From an uncultured delta proteobacterium (GTDB taxonomy: Bacteria; Desulfobacterota; Binatia; UBA9968), in NCBI GenBank assembly GCA_963840855.1, contig CAWJBB010000003.1:1-64000 (forward strand): DNA of 64,000 nucleotides, read 5' to 3'. Below are positions 41,235-51,389 of the stretch, piece by piece. Positions within the stretch are counted from its first letter, which is position 1. Each line of letters begins with the position of its first letter. The translations under genes were made by a program, and so were the position numbers. Under the pieces are notes generated by a model. That model saw only the letters and a list, made by a program, of their open reading frames with translations. It was not told the DNA's origin and did not search any database.

Positions 41235-43109
41235 CTAAGACCGCTGTACGGGATCCTCGACGGGAAGAATAACCGAAAAACGGCTTCCTCTACCGACAAC
41301 GCTGTCGACTTCAACGCGGCCGCCATGTGCGGCGACCAATTTTTTAACGATATAGAGACCCAAGCCCACCCCTTCTTGGCGCTCGCCGATTTCCATGCGC
41401 TGAAATTTTTGAAACAGGTGAGGGAGTTTTTCGGGTTCGATTCCCGGTCCGCTATCGCGCACGGAGATCACCGTGTCGGCATTTCGCCGCTCAACGGTCA
41501 GAGCGATGCGCCCGCCATCGGGGGTAAACTTGAAAGCGTTTTGCAGTAGATTCAAGAAAACCCGCTCCAACGCCAGCTCGTCCCCGTCGAGCATTTCGCC
41601 GGTTGCCTGGTCGGCTTCAAGACGAATCGTGCGCATCTGTGCTTCGCCATCGAACCGCTCAACCAGGCGCTGCAACAACTCGCGCAGCTCGAACCGTCGC
41701 TTGTTAAGCATTAGTTGACCGGCCTCGATGATGGACGCGTCAAGGTAGTTGTTCACCAACGCCTGCAACAGCCGAGCGTCGCTCAGAATCCGCCGGTGAC
41801 ATTTTTTCGCCAGTTCGGGTTCCGTGGTCTCGCTCTGTAGAAGCTCGCTGCAGGAGAGTATGAGACCCACCGGGTTTCGGATGTCATGGGCCAGCATGGC
41901 GGAGAACTCAGCTCTTTGCTGTTGTAATTTTTTTTTCGCCGTGAGATCGCGATACATCGCCATGATGACGGCGGGTTGGTCGTCACGGCCGCGCAGGAAA
42001 CGATACTGCGCCTCCACCGGCACTATTCTACCGTTCGGCCGCATCAACTCGATTTCATGCGACCAGGACCGCATCCTCTGGATGCGCGCGCGGCGTTGCT
42101 CTTCGTCGGCCTTGGAGTACGAAGCCGGGGTCAGGAACTGGCTACAGGATTTGCCAACGACGTCGTCTTGCGAGCGTTCCGACAAATCCTCCAGGGCGCC
42201 GTTCATCGCGACGACCGTGCCGTTCAACGCATAGGTCACGATGCCGACGGCGGCGCTTTCAAATAGGTTGCGATATCGCTCCTCGCTGTCTCTCAGCTTG
42301 CGCGTGCGCAGTTCTAACAACTCTTCCACGCGCAGCAGCGCGCGCTGGCGCGCCGCGGTCTCGCACAGATGCAGCAAATACTCCGGCAGGATTGGTTTCG
42401 GCAGATAGCTGTCCGCGCCTTTACGGATGAGTTCCAGGACGTCGTTGGCGGAGGCGTGGCCGGTCGCGACGATCGCCACTACCGCCGAGCCCGGCTTTTT
42501 AATCGTCTCGAGCAGCCGCGCTCCGCTCATATCGGGTAGCTCATACTCCAAAATGACAATTTGCGGACGCTTGCTGCGAAAACACGCAAGCGCTTCCGCG
42601 CCCGAAGCGGCATGGGTTGCCGCATAACCGTTGACTTTAAATATTTCGAGCAGCGCTTCGGCGTCTTTCAGGTTCGGTTCCACCACCAGCACTTGAGTCA
42701 TGGACTTAGGCTTCACGTTGCCGATCAGATCGCGGGCTATTTGCCGCAAGACGGAAGGTCCGTAGGGAGCCGATAAAAAAGCATCGGCGCCCAATTGCGC
42801 GGTAATCTCCTCAGCATCGGCGCCGGAAAACGTCGCCGACACTACCAGTATCGGAATTTTGTTGAATTCACGGTAAGCGTCGGAGCGCAGCAAGCGGCAA
42901 AAGCGCCACCCGTCGATGCCGGGCATATAGAGGTCCGTCACAACCAGGTCAACGGCGGCATGTTCCGCTAGAAGGGCAAGCGCCGGTTCCGCGCCGACGC
43001 AGGGGATCACATTATATCCGTCCCGCGCGAGAATGCTGGAAGCCAGATGAAGTTGGGCAGGATCGTCATTCACCACTAGAGCTGTCGGCTTTGGGTTCGG
43101 TTGATCCAT
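41235..43109 (-). CDS. Cytoplasmic REC-REC-PAS histidine kinase
   Basis: MLAHDIRNP, NLLQNAFKFT, GVGLGL; both receivers atypical. Confidence 0.9.
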   Translation of the reverse strand: MDQPNPKPTALVVNDDPAQLHLASSILARDGYNVIPCVGAEPALALLAEHAAVDLVVTDLYMPGIDGWRFCRLLRSDAYREFNKIPILVVSATFSGADAEEITAQLGADAFLSAPYGPSVLRQIARDLIGNVKPKSMTQVLVVEPNLKDAEALLEIFKVNGYAATHAASGAEALACFRSKRPQIVILEYELPDMSGARLLETIKKPGSAVVAIVATGHASANDVLELIRKGADSYLPKPILPEYLLHLCETAARQRALLRVEELLELRTRKLRDSEERYRNLFESAAVGIVTYALNGTVVAMNGALEDLSERSQDDVVGKSCSQFLTPASYSKADEEQRRARIQRMRSWSHEIELMRPNGRIVPVEAQYRFLRGRDDQPAVIMAMYRDLTAKKKLQQQRAEFSAMLAHDIRNPVGLILSCSELLQSETTEPELAKKCHRRILSDARLLQALVNNYLDASIIEAGQLMLNKRRFELRELLQRLVERFDGEAQMRTIRLEADQATGEMLDGDELALERVFLNLLQNAFKFTPDGGRIALTVERRNADTVISVRDSGPGIEPEKLPHLFQKFQRMEIGERQEGVGLGLYIVKKLVAAHGGRVEVDSVVGRGSRFSVILPVEDPVQRS

Positions 43110-43975
43110 AGATTAATGGCTCGCAAACTGCTGTGCCTCGGTCTTTCCGTCTTGAAGCTCGCCCGCAGACGAGGTCGTTCCCAGCGGCGGCGTAGTTCCC
43201 TACGGTTAGATCGGGCGTGGGTGGAAAAGCTTGAGCAATTCGCGCAAATAGAGCGCATGCGCGAATGTACGTGATTAGGAAACTGGGGCTAGTTTGCGAA
43301 AAATTGCTCTAACGCGCCAAACAGGTCGCGCTTTCACATTGCAGCGGCCAAATGTCCGCTATTTTGCGTTGACTCGGTCCTCTTTTTGCCGATGGCAGCA
43401 CAGCGACACTTGCAAACGTGGACGATGCGCCCGCATGTCAGCGGTGAATTGTCTACGTTCGGCTTCGGCAAACTTCATGGATAGGTCCTATGCCCCGTCC
43501 GGCTGGTAACAGGATCCCTTGTCCAGCGTGACCCTTTTGAAAGCGTCGTCGATCCCCGCCTCCTTGAGATCAGTTTTAGCAACCTTTAGACTGGGACATG
43601 GAGACGCAGACATGGCAATGCAAAAACACAATCCTCCTTCCCCGATGAAGTGGGTTACTGAAGCCTCGGGAGATGAGATATCGATTCCCTGGCGTGACAT
43701 GACTTCCATGATTCACCCGAGAGGCTGAGAAGCAAGTCCAATCGATTGCGTTTCAGGCCGTTGGTCCTAGACCCAGGAATCCAGGAATTGTGCCACGCAA
43801 TTTTCCTGATGATTTCGGTTCCCAACCGAGGCATTCGGCATTGGGTTGCCGATAGTGCCAAGATATTGACGGTGATATAGCAGGGTCAATAAACTCGCAG
43901 AGTTCCCTGGGGCTGCTTATACCCGCGAACAGATATTACAATCTTTAAAATAGTGAGACGTCTGCTGTCACCGAA

Positions 43976-45205
43976 TCACTGGAGCGCCGACGCCAATGGC
44001 GCGACTTCAAGAACCAACATGGCTTGGTCGTCTCGTTGTGGTGCATCGTTTATGAACTGATCGATTTCACGAAATGCGTTTTCCACTAGTGTTGCGATCG
44101 GCACGTTGGAGAAGTCGGCGCAGATACCGGCCAAACGGTCCTCGCCCAAAAGCTCTTCTTGGTCGTTCATCGCCTCAGTGATGCCGTCGGTGTAGCAAAC
44201 GATCCTCTGGCCGGCGCTAAGCTGGATAGACGATGCCGGGAACTCGCCGTCAGCCATCACTCCCACAATACCCGGGCTCACACAGAGACGTTCCACCCTT
44301 CGGCTATCGTGGGTGAGCAGCATAGCCGGTGGGTGGCCGGCGCCAGCATAGGAAAATTTCTGAGACTTCGCGTTCCACAAACCGAGAAAGACCGTGAGAA
44401 ATTCGCCGGTAGCAAGATACGACGAGATCTGCCGGTTCAGCCAGCGCAGCAGGAACCCCGGCTCGGCGCAGCGCTCTGCGCCAGTGCGAAATAAAACCTT
44501 GGCGACACTGGTCAAGAGCGCCGCGGGCAGCCCATGGCCCGAAACGTCGGCCATCATGATAGCGATCTCATCATTACCCACCGCGACTACGTCGAACATA
44601 TCGCCACCCACCATCTGACTGGGACGATAGCGGTGGGCAAACTTGAGTCCGCGACCATATGGAAAGAGGTTAGTGACAAACCGTTGCTGTACTGCACGCG
44701 CTTGCTCGAGCTCGAACTCCCGTGCCGCTTCGCGGCGGCGTTCCTCTTCCAACCGCCGCGACTGCTCTTCAACGACGTTGCGCAGCTCGCTCAGCGGACG
44801 GTAGGAGCGGATGCGGGCATGGATGCGCGCCACCAGTTCCGATGCGTTCACCGGCCAACTGATGAAGTCTTCGCCGCCCAGCTCCAAACCTTCAACTACA
44901 TGCTGATCGGGGTCGAGGACAGAGACGAAAAGCACCGGAATCTCTGCGGTGCGCGAATTGGCTTTCATCCTGCGGCAAACTTCGAAGCCATCGAGCTCCG
45001 GCATCAAGACGTCCAAGAGCACGACGTCCGGCAGCTCCTCATCGATGGCGGCAAGGGCGCTGGCGCCGTCGCCAGCTTCGAGAACTATAAAGTTTTTGTC
45101 GAGAATGCTGCGCAGCAGAAAACGCTTATCGTCGTTGTCATCCACCACCAGCACCCGAGGGGCGCGGGTGGTGTTGACGTTAGGGGACAAAACTGCGGAT
45201 CGCAC
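43976..45205 (-). CDS. REC-PP2C (SpoIIE/RsbU-like) serine phosphatase
   Basis: GGDMFD, ADVSGHG, YTDGITE, DDQAML; N-terminal REC. Confidence 0.92.
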   Translation of the reverse strand: MRSAVLSPNVNTTRAPRVLVVDDNDDKRFLLRSILDKNFIVLEAGDGASALAAIDEELPDVVLLDVLMPELDGFEVCRRMKANSRTAEIPVLFVSVLDPDQHVVEGLELGGEDFISWPVNASELVARIHARIRSYRPLSELRNVVEEQSRRLEEERRREAAREFELEQARAVQQRFVTNLFPYGRGLKFAHRYRPSQMVGGDMFDVVAVGNDEIAIMMADVSGHGLPAALLTSVAKVLFRTGAERCAEPGFLLRWLNRQISSYLATGEFLTVFLGLWNAKSQKFSYAGAGHPPAMLLTHDSRRVERLCVSPGIVGVMADGEFPASSIQLSAGQRIVCYTDGITEAMNDQEELLGEDRLAGICADFSNVPIATLVENAFREIDQFINDAPQRDDQAMLVLEVAPLASALQ

Positions 45206-45232
45206 GCAATGTCTCGCTGCGCCGAAGGCGGT

Positions 45233-45538
45233 CTAGTGGGTCACCTGGAAAAGCTGGTCGAAGTGGCAAAGCCGCAGAACCTTCTCGACGTACTCCTGGG
45301 GCCGGTCGAGCACCACGGCACCGCCGGCTTTTTCGCAATTTTCGCGGGCCAGGAGGAGCATCCCTAGAGCCGAGCTATCGATAAAGCTCACCTCTGACAA
45401 ATCCAGGGTCAGCTCGGAATGGCCTGCGCGCAGCAGGCCCTCCACAGTTCTGCGAAATTCCATGTGCGCCTGAAAATCGAACCGCCCCTTGAGGGAGACA
45501 GTCGTATTACTGGATCCTTCCCTGACGCTGATGTTCAT
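45233..45538 (-). CDS. STAS anti-anti-sigma factor, HsbA-like
   Basis: GRFDFQAHMEFR, FIDSSALGMLLLAR, FDQLF. Confidence 0.9.
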   Translation of the reverse strand: MNISVREGSSNTTVSLKGRFDFQAHMEFRRTVEGLLRAGHSELTLDLSEVSFIDSSALGMLLLARENCEKAGGAVVLDRPQEYVEKVLRLCHFDQLFQVTH

Positions 45539-45542
45539 AACT

Positions 45543-45992
45543 TCACTCCTTGTTTAGAGACATGACGATGCGTTTACCGTCGCCCTGGATTGCGACTGAA
45601 TTCATGAATTGACTGATCAGATACAATCCCCGGCCATGGGGGTCGCCCTTCAGCCGAGAACTCGAGGCAGGGTGTGCGTCATAGCCTTTGCCCTCATCTT
45701 CGACATCCATTTCCACTCTACCCGGCGCAAGCGAGCAGCCGACGCGAATCTCGCGTTTAGAGTCGGCCTCGTTACCGTGAAAGTGGGCGTTGAGCAGCGC
45801 CTCGTGCAAACACAGCTCGGCGCGGAAAACCCAGTCTTGTTCAAACGCCATCCACTCCATCGTGACACGAACAAACCGCACCGCCGCGCTCAACGCCGCC
45901 GTTGTGGACGGTATCGCGAAGCGCAGCACCGCCGAGGCCCTCAGCGGAGATCCCGCATCATTGCCTTCCTTAATGGCGACCGTCCCGCTCAC
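45543..45992 (-). CDS. RsbW/SpoIIAB-like anti-sigma serine kinase
   Basis: LHEALLNAHFHGN, DEGKG, HGRGLYLI. Confidence 0.88.
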   Translation of the reverse strand: MSGTVAIKEGNDAGSPLRASAVLRFAIPSTTAALSAAVRFVRVTMEWMAFEQDWVFRAELCLHEALLNAHFHGNEADSKREIRVGCSLAPGRVEMDVEDEGKGYDAHPASSSRLKGDPHGRGLYLISQFMNSVAIQGDGKRIVMSLNKE

Positions 45993-46147
45993 CTAAGCCC
46001 TCTCCGTCGGCGGACAACTTGGATAGATATCCAGGGGCGCGACTGCTGCCGGCGACGCGGCGGCCCTAACAGGAGGGCTAAGGTTAGCGAAACGGTTATG
46101 ACGGTGATACAGATCAAGGGTAGGCGCTCCGCGGTTAAGGAAAATTT

Positions 46148-46363
46148 TTATTCTATATAAATCCCGCCTCTTGAGGCGGGAACGACATTGTGGGGTTTCC
46201 AAAGGGGGTGAGCATCCCCTTTGGTCAAGGGCGGGGCCAAAACCCCGCCCGCGAAGTGGCTTCGTTTATTGAGTTTTTCGTGCAGCGTCTGAGCGTTGAA
46301 CGGTGTGTGGCGCATCGCCCCTGCATCGTCGACAACCAGAACTTCCATCTCTGGATCGAACAT
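46148..46363 (-). pseudogene. cheY: cheY remnant with a large internal in-frame deletion
   Basis: MFDPEMEVLVVDDAGAMR (CheY N-terminus) joined directly to PFNAQTLHEKLNK (CheY C-terminal helix); AAGGAG RBS and sigma28 promoter retained. Confidence 0.75.
46162..46250. other. Cluster of three GC-rich hairpins
   Basis: tcccgcctc-tt-gaggcggga; ccaaagggg...cccctttgg; gggcgggg-ccaaaa-ccccgccc. Confidence 0.6.
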
Positions 46364-46453
46364 CCGTAATCTCCTTACTGCTTCAATTCACCCCGAAAGG
46401 TACCAGTGCGTCATCTACTTGGCGGGGCGGAAAGATCGCGGTTACAACTTAAG

Positions 46454-46480
46454 TTATCGGAAACACGCAGCTAGCCTTTA
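46454..46480 (-). promoter_or_regulatory. sigma28 promoter for the cheY remnant and partner-switch genes
   Basis: Minus strand TAAA-N15-TCCGATAA. Confidence 0.8.
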
Positions 46481-46572
46481 GAGACCAACTGAACGCTTTG
46501 AACAAGGCGACGCGGAATCAGGAAAGGAGTTGGTAATTTGGAACCATCGGAAGGACTTCTATCAATCCGTGG

Positions 46573-46615
46573 ATCATAGCGGGCAGGAATTGGCAATGTT
46601 CCCGCCCGCTATGAT
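46573..46615 (-). terminator. Hairpin after the distal flgE, probable terminator
   Basis: atcatagcgggc...gcccgctatgat 12-bp inverted repeat; U-tract is weak. Confidence 0.55.
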
Positions 46616-46644
46616 TTCAAGGCTATGAAAAAACCAGGTTACAA

Positions 46645-47917
46645 TTAACGCTTCAGATTCGACACTTCTTCCAACAAAGTGTCAGTAACCGTGATCGTAC
46701 GCGAGGATGCCTGAAACGCCCTCTGGGTAGTGACCATCTTCACGAACTCCGTGGCGAGGTCCACCGTCGAGAGTTCGAGCGAGCCGGACAACACCGTGCC
46801 AAAGCTGCCGTCATCCGGCGCGCCGATTAACACCGGCCCGGACTGTTGCGATTCGAGAAACAGCGAGTTGCCCAAATGGGTCAAGCCTTCGGGACTGGCG
46901 AAGTCAGCCAGAGCGACTCTGAAAAGCGGCTGGGTTCCACCAGTGGTAAATTGACCGGTTATGGTACCGTCCGTGCCGATGTTGATGCCGCGCAGAACAC
47001 CCGATGTCGAGCCATCCTGGTTCAATACGCTGACCGAAGATGCCTGGGCGTACTGGGTGGTGCCGAGAAAGATCTGATTGGCGGCGGTGATGGTCTGAGC
47101 GCTGGCGCCGTTGGCCCAGGCTGCGGTTATGTTAGCAGGGGTGCCCGTATTCAGCGATCCGTTAGCATTAAACACCAGGGTGCCATTACCGACCTGTTGC
47201 AAGTTGCCAGCCGTGCCGCCGACCTCTGCAGCATTAGCGGTCACACGGTAGTCCCATGTGTTCGCTGCGGTCTTGCGAAAGAGATAGGTCAGATCATGTC
47301 CCTGACCAAGAGAGTCGAAGACCGTTAGCACGGTGGAAAAGTTGGCGCCGGCAAACCAGGCGGCAGGCAAGCCCGACGGAGGCACGCCCACGGGAAACGT
47401 CGGGATGGGGGTCGTCGAAGTTGCATCCAAATTGACCGTCGACGTGATAATGCTGGTGGGCGTCGGCGCGACCACCGACTGGTTGATGACAATGTCGTTA
47501 AGGCCGGTGTTGATATTCCCGGCGCTGTCGAGACCAAAGCCCTGAACGCGCAGTCCCGCGGGATTGACGAGATTGCCCTGGTCGTCAAGCACAAATTGTC
47601 CCGCGCGGCTATAGAAACTCGCCCCCGCGGTATCTCTTAGAACGAAAAGCCCACGGCCTTGGATCGCCATGTCCGTAGGACTGTTGGTGGTTTCGACGCC
47701 GCCCTGAACGAACGGACGCTGCGCATCGGCCAGGCGCGTTCCAAGACCGACCTTGGTGCCGCCGATGTCCGCGCTCAAGAGATCGAAAAACACCGCCCGG
47801 CTCGACTTGAAGCCGATGGTGTTGCACGTTGGCGATATTATCGCCGATGATGTTCATCGCGTTACCGTTAGCGTTGATGCCGCTAACGCCCGCGAAAAGT
47901 GCTCCTGTAAGTGCCAT
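46645..47917 (-). CDS. flgE: Flagellar hook protein FlgE, copy 2; apparent +1 frameshift at about 47824
   Basis: MALTGALFAGVSG...GDNIANV [extra base] NTIGFKSSRAVF; C-terminal LELSTVDLATEFVKMVTTQRAFQASSRTI...LKR. Confidence 0.88.
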
Positions 47918-47935
47918 TGAGTCCTCCCTGTTACT

Positions 47936-48025
47936 ATTTTGGAATTTAGATTTTTGGATTTTAGATTGTCGGAAAATAGAATCGCCATCGCGCTCCGTCC
48001 CAATCCAAAATCGGAAATCTAAAAT
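47936..48025. repeat. Heptamer-repeat palindrome between the flgE copies
   Basis: attttggaatttagatttttggattttagattg ... caatccaaaatcggaaatctaaaat. Confidence 0.75.
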
Positions 48026-48038
48026 GTTTAGCGCTTTC

Positions 48039-49310
48039 CTAAGCCTTCAACTCCGTCGCCACGCTGTACATCTCGTCGGCCGTGGTAATCACTCGCGAGT
48101 TCATCTGGAACGCGCGCTGCGACGCGAGCATGGTGACAAACTCCGTCGCGAGATCCACCGTCGAAAGCTCCAGCGTGCCGGAAACGATGTCACCGCGGCC
48201 GCCCGAACCCGCCAGCCCCACCTGCGCCGCGCCGGAGTCCAGCGTCGGTAGGAAAAGCGTATCGCCGAACGGGTCTAGATCATCGACGTTGGCGAAGTGC
48301 GCCAGCTGGATCGTATCGATGAGCTGTGAGTTGCCATTGGAATACAAGCCGCGCACATTGCCCTGGGCATCGATGTCGATGGCTCTCAAGGCGCCCTGCG
48401 GCGAGCCATTCTGCGTCAGGCTGACGAGCGTCGACGCGTTGGCATATTGCGTCGAAGCGGTCGGGGGTGTCGTGGGTGTCGCCGGCGCGAAAAGTATGCT
48501 TGCCGCTGAAATAGTCTGACTCGCCGCGCCGTTTACCCAGGTCATGCCGGTAATATCCGTGCTGGTGCTGGAATTGAAACTGCCGTCCGTATTGAACACC
48601 ACCGTGCCGGCGCCCAATTCGCGTAGGTCAGTGGAGTTTGGCGCCGTTGCGTCTAGTTCGCTGCGCGCGCCCACCACGCGGTAATCCCAATTATTGGGCG
48701 TGGTCTTGCGGAACAAGAACGTCAGATCATGCGCAGCACCTTGCGAGTCGTAGATCGCGGTAACCATGGAAGCGTTGCCGGAGCTAAACCATGCGCTGGG
48801 GATCGCATCCCCCGCCGGAAAGCCGACCGTGGGAGTCGTCGCCGCTGCGTCGAGATTAAATCTCATATCGAGGGTCGTCGTTGCCTGCGCCGGCAGGGTT
48901 TGTCCTCCGGCCAGGGAAATATTCCCGGCTGCGCCTTGGAGAAAATAGCCGTCGGGATTGACCAGGTTAAAGTTTTCGTCGAGGTGAAACTGCCCAGCGC
49001 GAGTGTAATAGCTCGCGCCGGCACCGTCGCGCACAATGAAAAACCCATTGCCGCCGACGGCGAGATCTGTGACGTTGGAAGTCGATTCAAAAGCGCCTTG
49101 AGTAAATTGGCGATCGGCACTGACCACGAACACGCCATGACCGGCTTCGATCTCGCCAGCGACCGTCGGCAAGACGTCGGCGTAGTTAACCCGCGAAGCC
49201 TTGAACCCGGTGGTGTTGAGATTGGCGATATTGTGGCCTACCACTGCCATCGAAGTGCCGAAGGCGCCCAGCGCCGTGCTTGCCGTATACATGGACCCGG
49301 TAATCGACAT
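48039..49310 (-). CDS. flgE: Flagellar hook protein FlgE, copy 1
   Basis: GHNIANLNTTGFKASR, YTRAGQF, LELSTVDLATEF. Start re-called at ATG 49310. Confidence 0.92.
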   Translation of the reverse strand: MSITGSMYTASTALGAFGTSMAVVGHNIANLNTTGFKASRVNYADVLPTVAGEIEAGHGVFVVSADRQFTQGAFESTSNVTDLAVGGNGFFIVRDGAGASYYTRAGQFHLDENFNLVNPDGYFLQGAAGNISLAGGQTLPAQATTTLDMRFNLDAAATTPTVGFPAGDAIPSAWFSSGNASMVTAIYDSQGAAHDLTFLFRKTTPNNWDYRVVGARSELDATAPNSTDLRELGAGTVVFNTDGSFNSSTSTDITGMTWVNGAASQTISAASILFAPATPTTPPTASTQYANASTLVSLTQNGSPQGALRAIDIDAQGNVRGLYSNGNSQLIDTIQLAHFANVDDLDPFGDTLFLPTLDSGAAQVGLAGSGGRGDIVSGTLELSTVDLATEFVTMLASQRAFQMNSRVITTADEMYSVATELKA

Positions 49311-49325
49311 GAATAATCTCCCCAA

Positions 49326-49979
49326 TCAGTGTATCGCCGTAACCGCGCTCAAAGAAATCCTCAGTTGGCCTATTTCCAAAATCGGTTCCGGTCCTTCAAG
49401 ATTGATTCCGGTGACCACGCCGCGCACCTGTTTTATGACGGGCAGTGATTTGCCGGCACTGTCCAGGGCACTCACTTCAAAGCTATAGACTCCCGCCGGC
49501 AGGCTCTGGCCGAGACTATTCTTGCCATCCCATATCGCGCTCTTCGCTCCCGCGTTTTGACTCCCGACGTCGATCTGGCGCACCACCGCGCCACTTCCGT
49601 TCAGCACTTTGACGGTGACCTTGGCCGCGTTGCCCGCGAGCTCGTAGTGCAAGCTGGCGTTGCCGCTCTGGCCGAGATTGAATTCATTGCCTCTGCCGGC
49701 CACCTGTTTGCCGAGGAGCGCGGCGCTGTTGAACTGACTTGCCAGTCCCTGTTGGCTCGTCAGGCTGTCGAGCTTTTCGTTTAGACCGATGAGCTGCTCC
49801 AAACTATTGAATTGCGCCAACTGCACGGCGAATTCCTGATTGTCCATCGGGCTCAGTGGATCCTGGTTTTGCAACTGCGCGATCAATAGCTTCATGAAAT
49901 CGTCGCGGCTGACTTGCCCACCGGCCTTCACCGGCGCGGATTGCGCCGCCGCGGCGCCGTTAATACTTTGAATCGCCAT
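49326..49979 (-). CDS. flgD: Hook capping protein FlgD
   Basis: DFMKLLIAQLQNQDPLSPM, QLAQFNSLEQL, WDGKN. Confidence 0.96.
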   Translation of the reverse strand: MAIQSINGAAAAQSAPVKAGGQVSRDDFMKLLIAQLQNQDPLSPMDNQEFAVQLAQFNSLEQLIGLNEKLDSLTSQQGLASQFNSAALLGKQVAGRGNEFNLGQSGNASLHYELAGNAAKVTVKVLNGSGAVVRQIDVGSQNAGAKSAIWDGKNSLGQSLPAGVYSFEVSALDSAGKSLPVIKQVRGVVTGINLEGPEPILEIGQLRISLSAVTAIH

Positions 49980-50078
49980 GAGTTTTTCTACCTTTGTGTT
50001 CTTTGCAGTTAAATCTCTTTTTTGCGTTTTTTCTGTTCTTTGCGGTTAAATTTTTTGCTTCTCTCATCTGGCTCCAAT

Positions 50079-51358
50079 TTACGCCCACATACTCACGCGT
50101 CCCGGTTCTCGAGCGGCCGGTTGGCGCTGAATCGGCTCACGCTCGTCGTTGCCGCCGCGCGCTGTAGAGCCGAAATCATCTGCAGATTGACGTCCGCCGT
50201 CGGCTTGCTGCCGCGGTCCCTGATGGCCATCGCCGCGCCCGCCGCCCCAGCTGCCGCTCTCAATGCGCACGTCCACATGTTCCAACCGGTTTTCGCCGAG
50301 AGCTTGGCGCAGTTCGGGCAAATGCGTTTCGATGAGGCTTCGAGACTCTTGCGTTTCTGCGAAGATGCGCGCTTCAAGTCTATCGCCCTCCAGATGGAGA
50401 TCGATTTTCAACTTGCCTAGTTCCGGCGGATCGAGCTGAATGATTGCGTCTGTCTTGCCGATGTGGACACGGCCGTTGATCTCTCCGGCCACCTGTTCAA
50501 TCACAGGGCGCCATTGGGCCGGCTCCGCTCCGCTCGCCGCCGAGGGCGGATGGTCCGTCAAGCGCATAACGTGAAACACCGTACTGCCATGTTGTGCGGT
50601 TTCAAACGGAACTTGCATTCCTTCATGGGATGGCCCATGGTCGCCATGCTGAAAAAACATACCCTGCTCTCCCTGATTCGAATCCGCTGAACGAGTTTCG
50701 CCGCTGCTAAGAATAGTCTCCGACAGCGCGTGATCATGGGGCGCGCTTGCAGATTTCGTTTGGACCAAATTATCCTTCGCGTAGGCCGGAAAGCCGCGCA
50801 ATAGCGCATGCGCATCACGGAGTTCAATATTATTATGATTCCCCTGCCTCACCTCGGCGCCCGTCGACATGTCTAATTTCGTGAGGCTGGTGCCGGAATG
50901 ATCTACCCCGGTTTCAAGCGCACTTATTTCTAGGCCATTTTTGTAATTCGTGGCAAGATCCTGATCGCGATGGGTCTCGCTTTTCGCCGTGATATCCGCC
51001 ACGGCCTGCGTGTTTGCACTGCCGACAGGTGCGCTGTTGTTTCCCAACGCAGCATCAACCGATCCCGGATCCACCGATTTAATGAGCAAATTGACAACAT
51101 GGTAACTTGCGTCGTAGAGATCCGCGCTTTCAGTAGAAGCGGAATTCGCGCTAGAACCGCCGTCGGAAGAAACCGCGGTGAGGGAACCCTCTGGCGTCGT
51201 CCTTAACCTGTGGATCTTGGGCCGCGGGGGTAGCAAGGATTAGAAACAGCAAAGCGGAGAAATCACCGCGTTGGGCGCCGTCTTCGTTGATAACCCCCCC
51301 CATTCATGGCTTCTTGGACCGGATTATCGTTGATTGAAAAAGAGCCGTTGATGATCAT
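50079..51358 (-). CDS. fliK: Hook-length control protein FliK; 5' region apparently frameshifted (net +2, includes a G8 tract at 51294-51301)
   Basis: C-terminal IQLDPPELGKLKI...LPELRQAL. The ATG at 51358 just after the sigma54 site is out of frame with the 50079..51236 ORF. Confidence 0.8.
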
Positions 51359-51373
51359 GTCGCCCACGAATGG

Positions 51374-51389
51374 AGCAAGGCGGATGCCA
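51374..51389 (-). promoter_or_regulatory. sigma54 promoter for fliK-flgD-flgE
   Basis: Minus strand TGGCAT-CCGCC-TTGCT. Confidence 0.85.
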
